In this document: piece after piece, positions 1 to 9,171 of the stretch | Position numbering within the stretch: the stretch's first letter is position 1 | Layout of the letters: the number at the start of each line of letters is the position of its first letter | Source: an uncultured bacterium | GTDB lineage: Bacteria; DAOPZR01 | Assembly: GCA_964637655.1 (NCBI GenBank) | Contig: CAZWUZ010000006.1 | Span: forward strand, 1-35,946 | Direction of reading: 5' to 3' | Length of the DNA stretch: 35,946 nt | Notes under the pieces: model-generated | What the model was told of the DNA's origin: nothing | What the model saw: only the letters and a program-made list of their open reading frames with translations | Database searches by the model: none | Translations under genes and position numbers: made by a program

Positions 1-736
1 GCGCCGGCTTGCGCGTTTGCGGCTGCAGGTGCATACGCAGGTGGTCATCGGCCCCGGGCTCAACGACGGGGCGGTGCTGGCACGGACCTTGCGCGACCTC
101 GCGCGCCTGCGCCCCTGTGTGGCCTCGGTGGCGCTGGTTCCCGTCGGGCTGACCGCGCACCGCGCGCGCGCCTTCCCGCTGCGCCCGCTGACCGCTGACG
201 AAGCGCGCGCGGTACTCACTTTGGCGCACCGCTATGACGCGCGCCTGCGCCCGCGCACCGGGTCGGGGTGGGTCTACCCCGCCGACGAACTCTACCATCT
301 CGCCGGTGCACCGCTGCCGCGCCGCGCCTTCTATGACGATTTTCCGCAGCTGGAAAACGGGGTGGGGATGGCGCGCCGGCTGCTGGACCGCCTGCCGCGC
401 CTGCGTCTTGCCGGGCCGCGCCCGCACACGGTGCTGACGGGCGAACTGGCGGCGCCGCTGCTCGCCCGCTGGGCGGTGCGCACGCAGACCCGCATCATCG
501 CCGTGCCCAACCGCTGGTTCGGCGGCAACGTCAACGTCGCCGGCCTGCTGGCGGGCCGCGACCTGCTGCCGTACGCGCGGCGGGTCACGCGCGGCACGCT
601 CTTTATTCCCGGGGGCGCGCTCAATGCCGACGGGAAATTCGTCGATGACCTGCCGCTGGCGCAGCTGGCGGCGGCCGTGCGCGCGCAGGTGCGCTGCTAT
701 GATGATACGGGTGAGGTGACGGCATGCGCCGCGTAG
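1..736 (+). CDS. C-terminal part of a DUF512-type radical-SAM-associated protein (5' end outside window)
   Basis: Open frame enters from the left edge. Motif NRWFGGNVNVAGLLAGRDLL matches the conserved DUF512 C-terminal block (N-x-FGG-x-V-x-GLL-G-DL). Sits upstream of der, a synteny common in several phyla. Third-position GC bias is consistent with coding. Confidence 0.6.
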   Translation, partial: RRLARLRLQVHTQVVIGPGLNDGAVLARTLRDLARLRPCVASVALVPVGLTAHRARAFPLRPLTADEARAVLTLAHRYDARLRPRTGSGWVYPADELYHLAGAPLPRRAFYDDFPQLENGVGMARRLLDRLPRLRLAGPRPHTVLTGELAAPLLARWAVRTQTRIIAVPNRWFGGNVNVAGLLAGRDLLPYARRVTRGTLFIPGGALNADGKFVDDLPLAQLAAAVRAQVRCYDDTGEVTACAA

Positions 737-2043
737 CGCTTATCGGGCGTCCCAACGTCGGCAAGTCGACGCTCTTCAACCGCCTGACCGGCGAGCGGCA
801 GGCCATTGTCGCCCCGGTGGCCGGGGTCACGCGCGACCGCATCTACGGCACCGTCGAGTGGTGCGGCAAGTCGTTCATCCTCATCGACACCAGCGGGCTC
901 GACTTTGCCGACGGGGATTCGCTCGCCTCGCTGATGCGCCGGCAGGTGCGGCTCGCGGCGGACGAGGCGGACGCGGTCATCTGGGTCACCGACGCGCGCG
1001 AAGGGGTGGTCCCCGCCGACCACGAGGTGGCCGCCTTCCTGCGGCGCAGCGGCAAGCCGTACGTGGTCGCGGTCAACAAAATCGACGGGTTGGACGAGAC
1101 GGCAGCGACCGAGTTCCACGCGCTCGGCATCGACACGTTTTATCCGGTCGCCGCCGAGCACGGCACCGGGACGGGGGAACTGCTCGAAGCGGTGCTGGGC
1201 ATACTTCCCCCCGAAGCGGAGGAGGCCCCGTTTGCCGGCATCCGTGTCGCCGTCATCGGGCGTCCCAATGTCGGCAAGTCGTCATTAGTCAACGCGCTGA
1301 CGGGTGACGAGCGCTGCCTCGTCAGCCCCATGGCGGGGACGACGCGCGATTGCGTCGATACCGACCTGACCTGGCAGGGGCAGGCGTTCCGCCTTGTCGA
1401 CACCGCCGGGCTGCGCCGGCAGAGCAGCATCCGGGATGACCTCGAGTACTACAGCGTGCTGCGCGCCGAGGCGGCGCTCGAACGCTGTGATGTGGCGGTC
1501 TTCGTGCTCGATGCGACGCAACCGCTCTCCGAGCAGGATGCGCGCATCGGCGGGATGATCAACGAGCGCGGCTGCGCCTGCCTGATTGCGGTCAACAAGT
1601 GGGATGCGCTCCCCGAGCGCAGCGACGACACGGCCAAGGCCTGGCAGCGCGAGATTTCCCGCCACCTGCAGTTCCTCGATTACGCGCCGGTGGTCTACAC
1701 CTCGGCCACCGAGCGGCGGCATGTCTTCCGCCTGCTCGAACTGGCGCAGCAGGCGCATACGGAGGGGAAGGTGCGCGCGACGACGGGGGCGCTCAACCGC
1801 CTGCTGCTCGAAGCGAAGACCGTGGTGCCGCCGCCGTCGCGGCACGGCAAGCGCGCGGCGCTGCGTTACATCGCGCAGATCGGTACCGCGCCGCCGCTCT
1901 TCGCGCTCATGGTCAATGATCCCGACCTGGTGCACTTTTCCTACCGGCGGTATATCACCAACCGCCTGCGCGAACAGTATGCGTTTACCGGCTGGCCCAT
2001 CCGGCTGGTGGTGCGCGCGGGGGAGAAGCGGCAGCGGCGCTGA
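724..2043 (+). CDS. der: ribosome biogenesis GTPase Der (EngA), tandem GTPase domains + KH-like C-terminus
   Basis: Two G-domains with Walker A: GRPNVGKSTLFN (res 8-19) and GRPNVGKSSLVN (res ~180). Both carry DTAG/DTSG G3 and NKxD (VNKID, VNKWD) G4 motifs. 439 aa is typical for Der. ATG at 724 is preceded by GAGGTGA. Confidence 0.95.
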   Translation: MRRVALIGRPNVGKSTLFNRLTGERQAIVAPVAGVTRDRIYGTVEWCGKSFILIDTSGLDFADGDSLASLMRRQVRLAADEADAVIWVTDAREGVVPADHEVAAFLRRSGKPYVVAVNKIDGLDETAATEFHALGIDTFYPVAAEHGTGTGELLEAVLGILPPEAEEAPFAGIRVAVIGRPNVGKSSLVNALTGDERCLVSPMAGTTRDCVDTDLTWQGQAFRLVDTAGLRRQSSIRDDLEYYSVLRAEAALERCDVAVFVLDATQPLSEQDARIGGMINERGCACLIAVNKWDALPERSDDTAKAWQREISRHLQFLDYAPVVYTSATERRHVFRLLELAQQAHTEGKVRATTGALNRLLLEAKTVVPPPSRHGKRAALRYIAQIGTAPPLFALMVNDPDLVHFSYRRYITNRLREQYAFTGWPIRLVVRAGEKRQRR

Positions 2044-3509
2044 TGCGCCTGCTGCTGGCGGTGGCACTCTGCCTGCTGGCGGCGGGATGCAACGCGTCGG
2101 GCGTGGAGGAGGAGACGATGGCACGGCAGACCGTATTCGAGAATGCGCTGATGCCGCGCGGCTTCTATCCGTACGCGGAGCAGGAACTGCGGCGGCTGAT
2201 CCGCGGCCACCTGCGGCTGGCGGCGCCGGTCACGGGCGGCACGGTGCATGCCCTCATCTTTCCGCATGCCGGGTACACCTACTGCGCGCCGCAGATGGCG
2301 GCGGCGATGAAGGCCGTCGCGGGTCGGCAGTACGCGCGGGTCATCACCGTCGCGTTCACCCACCGCGTGCCGTGTGACGGGTTCTCCGTGCTCGCCGCCG
2401 ACGGCTATAAGACGCCGCTCGGGACTTCCCCTGTTGACCGGGTGCTGACCGACCGGCTCAACGCGCTGCCGGGCGGCGGCTACCGCGCGGAACTGCATCG
2501 CGAGGAGAACTCCACCGCGGTGACCGTGCCGTGGGTGCAGGAGGTGCTCGGCCTGCAGACGCCCGTGGTGGAAATAGCGCTCGGGCAGCCGTCCGACACG
2601 GTCGCCGCCGGGCTGGCGGCAGCGCTGGCAGAGACAGCGGACAGCACGACCCTCTTCATCTTCAGTACCGACATGTCGCATTACCACGAGGCGGCCGAGG
2701 CGGAACGGATGGACGGCGAGGTGATCGCGCTGCTTGAGGCGGGGCGGTATGACGAACTGCAGCGCAAGCTGGCGGCGCGCGAACTGGAATGCTGCGGCAG
2801 CGCTCCGCTCGGCATCGCCATGCGCCTCGCGCAGGCACAGGGCTGGGCGCCGCCGCGCATCCTGATGTACGGGCATTCGGGGCAGATTGCCGGCGACTAC
2901 GGTGAAGTGGTGGGCTATATGGGTGGCGTCTTTGCCACGGGCGCGACGCTGCCGGAGCGCTGCGAGCCGATCACGCACGAAGGGCAAAAGACACTGCTGG
3001 CACTGGCCCGCCGCACCATCACCACGTATCTCGAGCGGGGCGACACGTTGCGCGTCCCTGAAGACCTTGTGCTGACGCAGCGCATGGGGGCGTTTGTCAC
3101 CCTGCATAAGCGCGGGCAGTTGCGCGGCTGCATCGGGAATATCGTCGCGCAGGATATTCTGCCGAAGACGATTATCAATATGGCGATTGCCGCGGCGACG
3201 CAGGACCCGCGCTTCCCGCCGCTGACCGCGGTGGAACTCGCGCAGTGCGATCTCGAAATCTCCGTGCTGACCCCACCGTCGCGCTGCCGCGACGCGCAGC
3301 AGATCGTCATCGGGCGCGACGGCATCATCCTGCGCGTCGGGCGCCACTCGGGGGTCTTCCTGCCGCAGGTACCCGTCGAGCAGGGCTGGGACCGCGACGA
3401 GTATCTTGCGGAGATCGGCCTGAAGGCGGGCCTTGACACGGACGCCTGGCGCGACCCGCGCGCCGAGCTCTACACCTTCACCGCCCAGGTCTTCGGGGAA
3501 AAGGAATAG
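2043..3509 (+). CDS. fused AmmeMemoRadiSam system proteins B+A (Memo/MEMO1-like N-domain + AMMECR1 C-domain)
   Basis: N-half matches the Memo family (GFYPY..., HALIFPHAGYTYCAPQMAAA, STDMSHY). C-half matches AMMECR1 (GAFVTLHKRGQLRGCIGN..., DPRFPPLT, ISVLTPP). Start 2043 overlaps the der stop by 1 nt and would give a lipoprotein-like N-terminus (LLAAGC). An alternative ATG at 2118 has a strong GGAGGAG SD and begins exactly at the Memo domain. Confidence 0.85.
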   Translation: MRLLLAVALCLLAAGCNASGVEEETMARQTVFENALMPRGFYPYAEQELRRLIRGHLRLAAPVTGGTVHALIFPHAGYTYCAPQMAAAMKAVAGRQYARVITVAFTHRVPCDGFSVLAADGYKTPLGTSPVDRVLTDRLNALPGGGYRAELHREENSTAVTVPWVQEVLGLQTPVVEIALGQPSDTVAAGLAAALAETADSTTLFIFSTDMSHYHEAAEAERMDGEVIALLEAGRYDELQRKLAARELECCGSAPLGIAMRLAQAQGWAPPRILMYGHSGQIAGDYGEVVGYMGGVFATGATLPERCEPITHEGQKTLLALARRTITTYLERGDTLRVPEDLVLTQRMGAFVTLHKRGQLRGCIGNIVAQDILPKTIINMAIAAATQDPRFPPLTAVELAQCDLEISVLTPPSRCRDAQQIVIGRDGIILRVGRHSGVFLPQVPVEQGWDRDEYLAEIGLKAGLDTDAWRDPRAELYTFTAQVFGEKE

Positions 3510-3516
3510 CCGGGGT

Positions 3517-5904
3517 TCAGGGTATTACCCGCCGCAATTTTACGGCGAGGGTTGCCGGGTGGAGCAGAGCGTCCGTTGCGTAGCGCAGCGGCTGGCGTAT
3601 GATGCGGCGACGGAGAACAAAGGCGTCCCAACGTTGTTGGGCACGGGCGCGGATTGTTTCGAGGTCGGTGGCGGTCAGTTCCTGCGTGCGCAAAACCGCG
3701 GTACGATATCCGTCGTAGCGGTTATAGTCCTCAGAAATCAGCAAGCCTTCGCGTTTTCCCTGCTCGTACAAGCGGCTGCCCGGAAAGGGCGTGGCAAGCG
3801 AAAACTGCAACGTATCCGGTGCAAGTTTCAGGGCCAGCCGGATAGTGGCTTCGGCGGTGGCGCGGGTTTCGCCCGGCAATCCAAAGCAGAAGGTGAGATG
3901 GGTTTTGATGCCGAGCTTGCGGGTGAGACGGATATTGGCTGTGGCGAGCCGCAAGTCGAGCTTTTTGCCGATGCCGTTGACGATGTCCTGGTCAGCGGAT
4001 TCGATGCCGTATTTCACCGCGTGCAGGCCGCTGGCGCGCAGGGCGGCGAGCAGTTCGCGGTCCATGAGGTCGGCTCGCGCCATCATCGCCCAGGGCACGC
4101 GCAGGTTGCGCCGTTGCAGTTCCGCGGCGAAGGCGAGCAACCGTTCCCGCCCGATATTGAAGGTGTCGTCGTCGAAATAGACCGAGGCGTAGCCGCCGTG
4201 GCGGACGAGATGTTCAAACTCGTCGGCAATGGCAGCGGCGGCGCGCGGGCGATATCTGGCGCTGCCGTACATGACCTGCGGCCAGGCGCAGAAGCTGCAC
4301 TGGTAGGGGCAGCCGCGGCTGCCCCACATCTGCACGCTGGGCAGGGGCATGTCGCCGGGGACATCATAATATCGGGTCATCGGGAAAAGATGGCGCGCCG
4401 GCCAGGGCAGGGCATCGAGATCGGCGAGAGGCAGGCGCGGGCTGCTGCAGGCCGGCGTGCCGCCGGCCTGCCGATACACGAGGCCGGGCACGATGTCGAG
4501 TGGCCGGTCGGCGACGTGGGCGCGCAGCAGGTCGCGCAGGGTAATCTCATATTCGCCGTGCAGGGCGATATCGATAGCGGGGTGGGCGGCGAGAAAAGCC
4601 GGGTCACTGAGCGGGGCGTGGTTGCCGACGGCAATAAGCGTGGTCTGGGGCAGGCGCCGGCGCAGTTCGCGAAAATCAGCGAGGTCGGAAGCGAGCGAGG
4701 CGGTGGCGATTTCCAGCACGACCAGTTCCGGCAGCGCCGCCGCCGCACGGTCGTAAAAGGCGGCGGGGGTGAGATGGTCCGCTATCCCGTCGATGACCGC
4801 GACTGTGTGCCCGTCCTGTTCGAGCAGCGCGGCGGCGTAGGCGAGGAAGAAGGGGAAGGGCATATAATTGCTGTCGCAGCGCTCGAAATGCGGCCAGCGG
4901 CTGCCGGCCCGCACGCCGTAATGCCCCTCGCTCTGCCACGGGGCGTTGGCGAGCAGTACCCGCCGGCCGGTTGACCGTACGAGGCTGCCGACAGGTTGGG
5001 AGGCCGGCAGGAGCGAGCGCCGCGCATGTTCGCGGGGGATGGCGACAATCAGCGTGTAGGAGAAAACCTCGAGGCAGCGGCGGACAAACGATGCCAGCTC
5101 AATGATTGGCAGCAGCGAACCGTGCGACCCGGCGAGCTCGAACAGGTCGTAAGCTTCGGCCTGGAGCCGGACGAGAATCTCGTGGGCGGTAATCCCTGTT
5201 TGTTGCAGGACGACGGGCCAAAACTCGAACAGCACCACCGGTTGCCGGCCATGTCGACTGAGCAACTGGCGCATGCCGGCGAGGGCCAACCCTTCCGCGC
5301 CCTGAATGTCCATTTTTATGAGGTCGACCCGGTCAATGTGCTCCTCGCGGATGAAATCATCGAGGGCGAAACACAGCACGCTGGTGCCGGCGGTATCCGG
5401 GGTCAGGGCCAGGCGGTAATCCACCATCTGTCGGCTTGGCGCCAACCGGGCAGTGCCGGTGACATCTGCCACCGCGGCGGCGATAGCCCGGGCATTGTCA
5501 CAATGATTCGCGGCAAGATTTTTGGTCAGCAAGGCATAGTTGCCGGGCGCGGGTTCGAAGGCGAATAACCGCCCGGCCGGACCTGCCAGACGGGAGAGCA
5601 AGAGGGAGAAGTATCCGATATTGGCGCCGATATCGAATACGGTATCGCCCGGTTGGACGAAGCGGGACAGGAAAACAGCGGTTTCCGGCTCATAAACTCC
5701 GTTATTCAGGGAAAGGTGCAGTTCATCGTCCGGATCCAGGAAAATGGTCATGCCATTGCCTTGCACCGCCGGTGGTCGGAGCCGTCGCATCAGTGGACGG
5801 AAAAATCCGGCATGGCGGGAATCGTAAGGGAAGAGAAGGTTGAACCCGCGCCGCAATAGAAAGTGGAACAGTTTTTTCCAAAGGGCAAAAGCCAGTGTGC
5901 GCAT
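3517..5904 (-). CDS. bifunctional FkbM-family SAM methyltransferase (N) / B12-binding radical SAM enzyme (C)
   Basis: The N-terminal ~300 aa carry FkbM-type methyltransferase motifs (DIGANIGYFSL, FAFEP, LIKMDIQGAE). The C-terminal half is a class B rSAM with a B12-binding Rossmann block (LIAVGNHAPL) and the cysteine motif GSRGCPYQCSFCAWP, followed by a TIM-barrel region (YFDDDTFN...). 795 aa. The ATG is at 5902-5904 on the minus strand. Confidence 0.85.
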   Translation of the reverse strand: MRTLAFALWKKLFHFLLRRGFNLLFPYDSRHAGFFRPLMRRLRPPAVQGNGMTIFLDPDDELHLSLNNGVYEPETAVFLSRFVQPGDTVFDIGANIGYFSLLLSRLAGPAGRLFAFEPAPGNYALLTKNLAANHCDNARAIAAAVADVTGTARLAPSRQMVDYRLALTPDTAGTSVLCFALDDFIREEHIDRVDLIKMDIQGAEGLALAGMRQLLSRHGRQPVVLFEFWPVVLQQTGITAHEILVRLQAEAYDLFELAGSHGSLLPIIELASFVRRCLEVFSYTLIVAIPREHARRSLLPASQPVGSLVRSTGRRVLLANAPWQSEGHYGVRAGSRWPHFERCDSNYMPFPFFLAYAAALLEQDGHTVAVIDGIADHLTPAAFYDRAAAALPELVVLEIATASLASDLADFRELRRRLPQTTLIAVGNHAPLSDPAFLAAHPAIDIALHGEYEITLRDLLRAHVADRPLDIVPGLVYRQAGGTPACSSPRLPLADLDALPWPARHLFPMTRYYDVPGDMPLPSVQMWGSRGCPYQCSFCAWPQVMYGSARYRPRAAAAIADEFEHLVRHGGYASVYFDDDTFNIGRERLLAFAAELQRRNLRVPWAMMARADLMDRELLAALRASGLHAVKYGIESADQDIVNGIGKKLDLRLATANIRLTRKLGIKTHLTFCFGLPGETRATAEATIRLALKLAPDTLQFSLATPFPGSRLYEQGKREGLLISEDYNRYDGYRTAVLRTQELTATDLETIRARAQQRWDAFVLRRRIIRQPLRYATDALLHPATLAVKLRRVIP

Positions 5905-5973
5905 GTCGTGCCTTTCCCGGAGAGCATAGCATAGGCCGGTATTTCAGCCAAATGTTGCCGCTGGCTTAAAGGT

Positions 5974-6795
5974 ATGTTACAAACTAGTCGAGTCACGGAG
6001 GCGAAGATGGACGGAAATCTGGCGGCGCGGTTCTACTCGAAATTCGGGGCGTTGGGGTGGAGGTTGTTTCGTCGCCGACGGTGGAACCGTGAACAGCTGA
6101 CGGCCATGGTGGCGGCCCAGGGTGAATGGGTCCATGACATTGAGTTGCCCTTCGGGATTTCGACGGGCGGGCTCAAGGTTTTTCCCGATCATGCGCAATT
6201 TCGCTGGCAGTTCATCCGCGATTATGTGCTCCGGCACTGTGCAGGTGAGTCTTTTCTCGATGTCGGTTGCAGTGACGGTTTTTTCTGCCATGAAGCGCGC
6301 AAGGCGGGCGCGTCGTATGTCCTGGGAATCGACGAGCATGGCCCATCATTGGTCCGGGCCCGGATCGCCGCGGACGCGCTCGGCCGCTGGATCGAATATC
6401 GCCAGGCCAGCGTCTACGACCTGCCGCGCCTGCGCTTCGTTCCGAAACAGTTTGATAACATCTTGTTTCTCGGGGTTTTTTACCATTTGCGCCATCCCTT
6501 GCTGGCTCTGGATATTCTTTTCGCGCGGGCGCGGAAACGGATATTCCTGCATTCGATGATCAAGGGTCCCACGGAACCGGTCGCAGTGGATGCGGATTAC
6601 CACCTCGGCGAAGAGAAAGTGTTTTTCCGGCCGGGTTTTCCGAAACTGCACTTCATCCGGGGAAATTTTGCTTACGATGAAACCTCGAAGATCTGGTGGG
6701 TACCCAACGCCAACGGCCTGCGGGAAATCGTGCACAGCTATCCGTTCCGGAACATCATCGAACTTCGCCCGGATATGTATATCCTCGAAAAATAG
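5974..6795 (+). CDS. class I SAM-dependent methyltransferase (DUF1698/CmoB-like fold)
   Basis: Motifs LDVGCSDGFF (motif I) and LGIDEHGPSL, plus FLGVFYHLRHP, are typical of the CmoB-like MTase family. An alternative start ATG at 6007 has GGAGG 5 nt upstream. Confidence 0.8.
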   Translation: MLQTSRVTEAKMDGNLAARFYSKFGALGWRLFRRRRWNREQLTAMVAAQGEWVHDIELPFGISTGGLKVFPDHAQFRWQFIRDYVLRHCAGESFLDVGCSDGFFCHEARKAGASYVLGIDEHGPSLVRARIAADALGRWIEYRQASVYDLPRLRFVPKQFDNILFLGVFYHLRHPLLALDILFARARKRIFLHSMIKGPTEPVAVDADYHLGEEKVFFRPGFPKLHFIRGNFAYDETSKIWWVPNANGLREIVHSYPFRNIIELRPDMYILEK

Positions 6796-6842
6796 CGGTC
6801 ATCCGGCTTGCGCGGTGTTGTTTCGGCAAGTATAGTTGGACT

Positions 6843-8048
6843 ATGTTTAGCGATCGAATAAGAAATCGCCTGGCGAGTTACCGGCTGTACTGCGGGGTGC
6901 GGCACGGGGCAAGGGCTTTTGCCGCGCCGTACCGGTTCTCGCTGTGCCCGACCTATCGCTGCAATCTGCGCTGTTCCGCCTGCTGGTGCTATTCGCCGCT
7001 GGTGGGTGAGCGCGGACTGGCGCCGGAACTGCGGCAGCAGGAAGTTCCGTATGCGCGCCTTGAAAAACTGGTGCGGGACCTGCTGGCGCAGGGAACGGTG
7101 TATTTTTCCGTTTCGGGCGGGGGCGAGCCGCTGCTCTATCCGCAGATCCTGCCGCTGCTCCGCCTGATCAAGCACAACCCGCGTATCCGCTGCGATCTTA
7201 ACACCAATTTCACCGTGGCGACGGAGGAAGTGATTGAAACCCTGGTGGCTTGCGCGGTCGACGCGGTGATTGTCAGCGTGTGGGCGGGCACGCCGGAGAC
7301 CTATGCCGCGGTCCATCCGGGCGCGCCGGACGGCCTGTTTGCGAAGATGACGGCTGATTTGCGCCGCCTGAACCACCTGCGGCGCGAACGCGGCGCGGCC
7401 ATGGAGGTGGTGGTCAATCACGTGGTGTACCGCGACAACTGGCGCGAGTTTCCCGCCCTGGTCGAGTACGCCTACCTGACCGGCTCGACCCAATTGCGTT
7501 TCACGCATGTCGATATCGTCGCGGGCAGGACCGACGCGCTGGCTTTGACTGAGGAAACGCGGTTATCGCTGCTGGCGCAAGCGGAGCGGATAGCTGATTT
7601 GCAGCGGGAATATGAGGTGCGGCACGGCTGCCGGGTGGTCCTGGTCGAGTTCGACCAGTTCCTGCGGCGCTTGCGCCGGACCGGGCCGGCGGCCGGCCAA
7701 TACGACGCCCCGGTGATGCGGCGGCATCAATGCTACGCGGGCTGGGGTTTCTTCCAGTTGTTTCCCGACGGGAACTTTAATTCATGCTGTCGCATCGTTG
7801 AACCCCGCGGCAACCTGGCGCAGAATGATTTTGCCGTGGTATGGAACGGGCCCGGACAGCAGGCATTCCGCCGCCTGACCCGCGACCTTGACCGGGAAAA
7901 GGTTGATGCCCATAACCTGCCCTGCGGCGGGTTATGCGATAACCTGCAGGACACGCGGCATGTGGCGCAGCGGCTTGCCGCCTTGACGAAACCGGAGCGT
8001 CTGCTGCTGGATCTGCTGTGCGGTCGCGCGCCCGGGACCGGACAATGA
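6843..8048 (+). CDS. radical SAM enzyme with full C-terminal SPASM domain
   Basis: CxxxCxxC motif CPTYRCNLRCSAC near the N-terminus, then a GGGEPLL glycine-rich SAM motif. C-terminal cysteines (CYAGWGF...CCRIVEP...GN...C...CGGLCDN) fit a SPASM auxiliary-cluster domain. The first ATG after the upstream stop is 6843; the track ORF at 6696 overlaps the preceding gene. Confidence 0.85.
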   Translation: MFSDRIRNRLASYRLYCGVRHGARAFAAPYRFSLCPTYRCNLRCSACWCYSPLVGERGLAPELRQQEVPYARLEKLVRDLLAQGTVYFSVSGGGEPLLYPQILPLLRLIKHNPRIRCDLNTNFTVATEEVIETLVACAVDAVIVSVWAGTPETYAAVHPGAPDGLFAKMTADLRRLNHLRRERGAAMEVVVNHVVYRDNWREFPALVEYAYLTGSTQLRFTHVDIVAGRTDALALTEETRLSLLAQAERIADLQREYEVRHGCRVVLVEFDQFLRRLRRTGPAAGQYDAPVMRRHQCYAGWGFFQLFPDGNFNSCCRIVEPRGNLAQNDFAVVWNGPGQQAFRRLTRDLDREKVDAHNLPCGGLCDNLQDTRHVAQRLAALTKPERLLLDLLCGRAPGTGQ

Positions 8049-9169
8049 AGGCGCGGTTGCGGGATGCCTGGCGACGGGCCCGGTCCGGGAATTACCGTTC
8101 CGGCCTTTTCCACCCCGCTGAGGCGCGGTTTCTGTCGGTGTTTCTGGAACTGCATAACTGGTGCGCGACGAAATGTAAAATGTGCCATCACGGGTTCCTG
8201 CCCGACCCGGTGCCGGCGAGCATGGCGCCCGCGGATTATCGCCGGCTGGCGGCCAATGTCTTCTCCCATGTGGCGGAAATAACTTTCTGCCCCGGCATGG
8301 AGCCGCTGGCGCATCCGCACTTCATCGAATACCTGGAAATGGCGAAACAGGAATATGGCGTCCCGCATATGGCGATGATGTCGAATTTTACGATAATGGA
8401 CGAACCGTCGGCGCGCAGCATAATCCGCAACGGGGTCGAGCGCATCCAGATTTCCCTTGACACTTTCCAGCCCGAGCTCTATGCGTGGATAAAAACCAAT
8501 GCCCGGCTGGAGCCGGTGCTGGAGAATATCCGCCTTTTCCAGCGGGTCCGGCGGCGGATGGAAGTTCCGGGGCCGGAACTGGAGGCGAATTTCGTCATCA
8601 TGCGGCGCACGGTGGCGGCCTACAGCGGAGAATACTTTGCCTGGTTGCGGGAACTTGGTTTTACCCGGGTTCACCTGTGGCATCTGCATATCAACAAGCT
8701 GGCAACTTCGCTGCGCGGTGAATCGATGTGGGAGCACAAGGAAGAATACAACGAGTTTCACGGCCGGGTGCGGCGTGACGCGGCGGCCAACGGCATTGAA
8801 CTATTCCGCCTGCCGGAACCGTTCACGCTGCCGGGCGCGCCATTTTCGCCGCCAGCCGCGGGTGAAACCCGGAAATGTACTTTCCCCTGGCACAAGATTC
8901 AGGCCTTGCATAACGGCACCTTCACCCCGTGCGAGTTCTGGCACAACGAACCGTTCTGGGGTAACCTGTTCGAGCGGCCGTTCATGGATATCTGGAACGA
9001 CCTCGACTACCGGCGCCTGCGCTGGGAAATCAACACGGGCAACCTGACCCGCCGCTGTTGCCGAAACTGCGTTTCGATGTCATCATTGGCCGGCCGCGCC
9101 GATGACGCGGCGGCGTTCGTGGAAATCGATACGAGCGCCACTGATCCGGCGGGGGCGAAAGGAAATTGA
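8045..9169 (+). CDS. radical SAM enzyme, twitch/partial-SPASM type (paralog 1)
   Basis: CxxxCxxC motif CATKCKMCHHGF. C-terminal cysteines CEFWHNEPFWGNL ... CCRNCVSM (C-x9-GNL ... CCxxC). ATG 8045 overlaps the upstream stop (ATGA). Confidence 0.85.
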   Translation: MKARLRDAWRRARSGNYRSGLFHPAEARFLSVFLELHNWCATKCKMCHHGFLPDPVPASMAPADYRRLAANVFSHVAEITFCPGMEPLAHPHFIEYLEMAKQEYGVPHMAMMSNFTIMDEPSARSIIRNGVERIQISLDTFQPELYAWIKTNARLEPVLENIRLFQRVRRRMEVPGPELEANFVIMRRTVAAYSGEYFAWLRELGFTRVHLWHLHINKLATSLRGESMWEHKEEYNEFHGRVRRDAAANGIELFRLPEPFTLPGAPFSPPAAGETRKCTFPWHKIQALHNGTFTPCEFWHNEPFWGNLFERPFMDIWNDLDYRRLRWEINTGNLTRRCCRNCVSMSSLAGRADDAAAFVEIDTSATDPAGAKGN

Positions 9170-9171
9170 TC

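Noticed and set aside
3433-4974. 513-aa plus-strand ORF antisense to the FkbM-rSAM gene
   Set aside because: It lies entirely inside a minus-strand gene that has clear FkbM and B12-rSAM motifs. The translation is low-complexity (G/A/R-rich), as expected for antisense frames in high-GC DNA.
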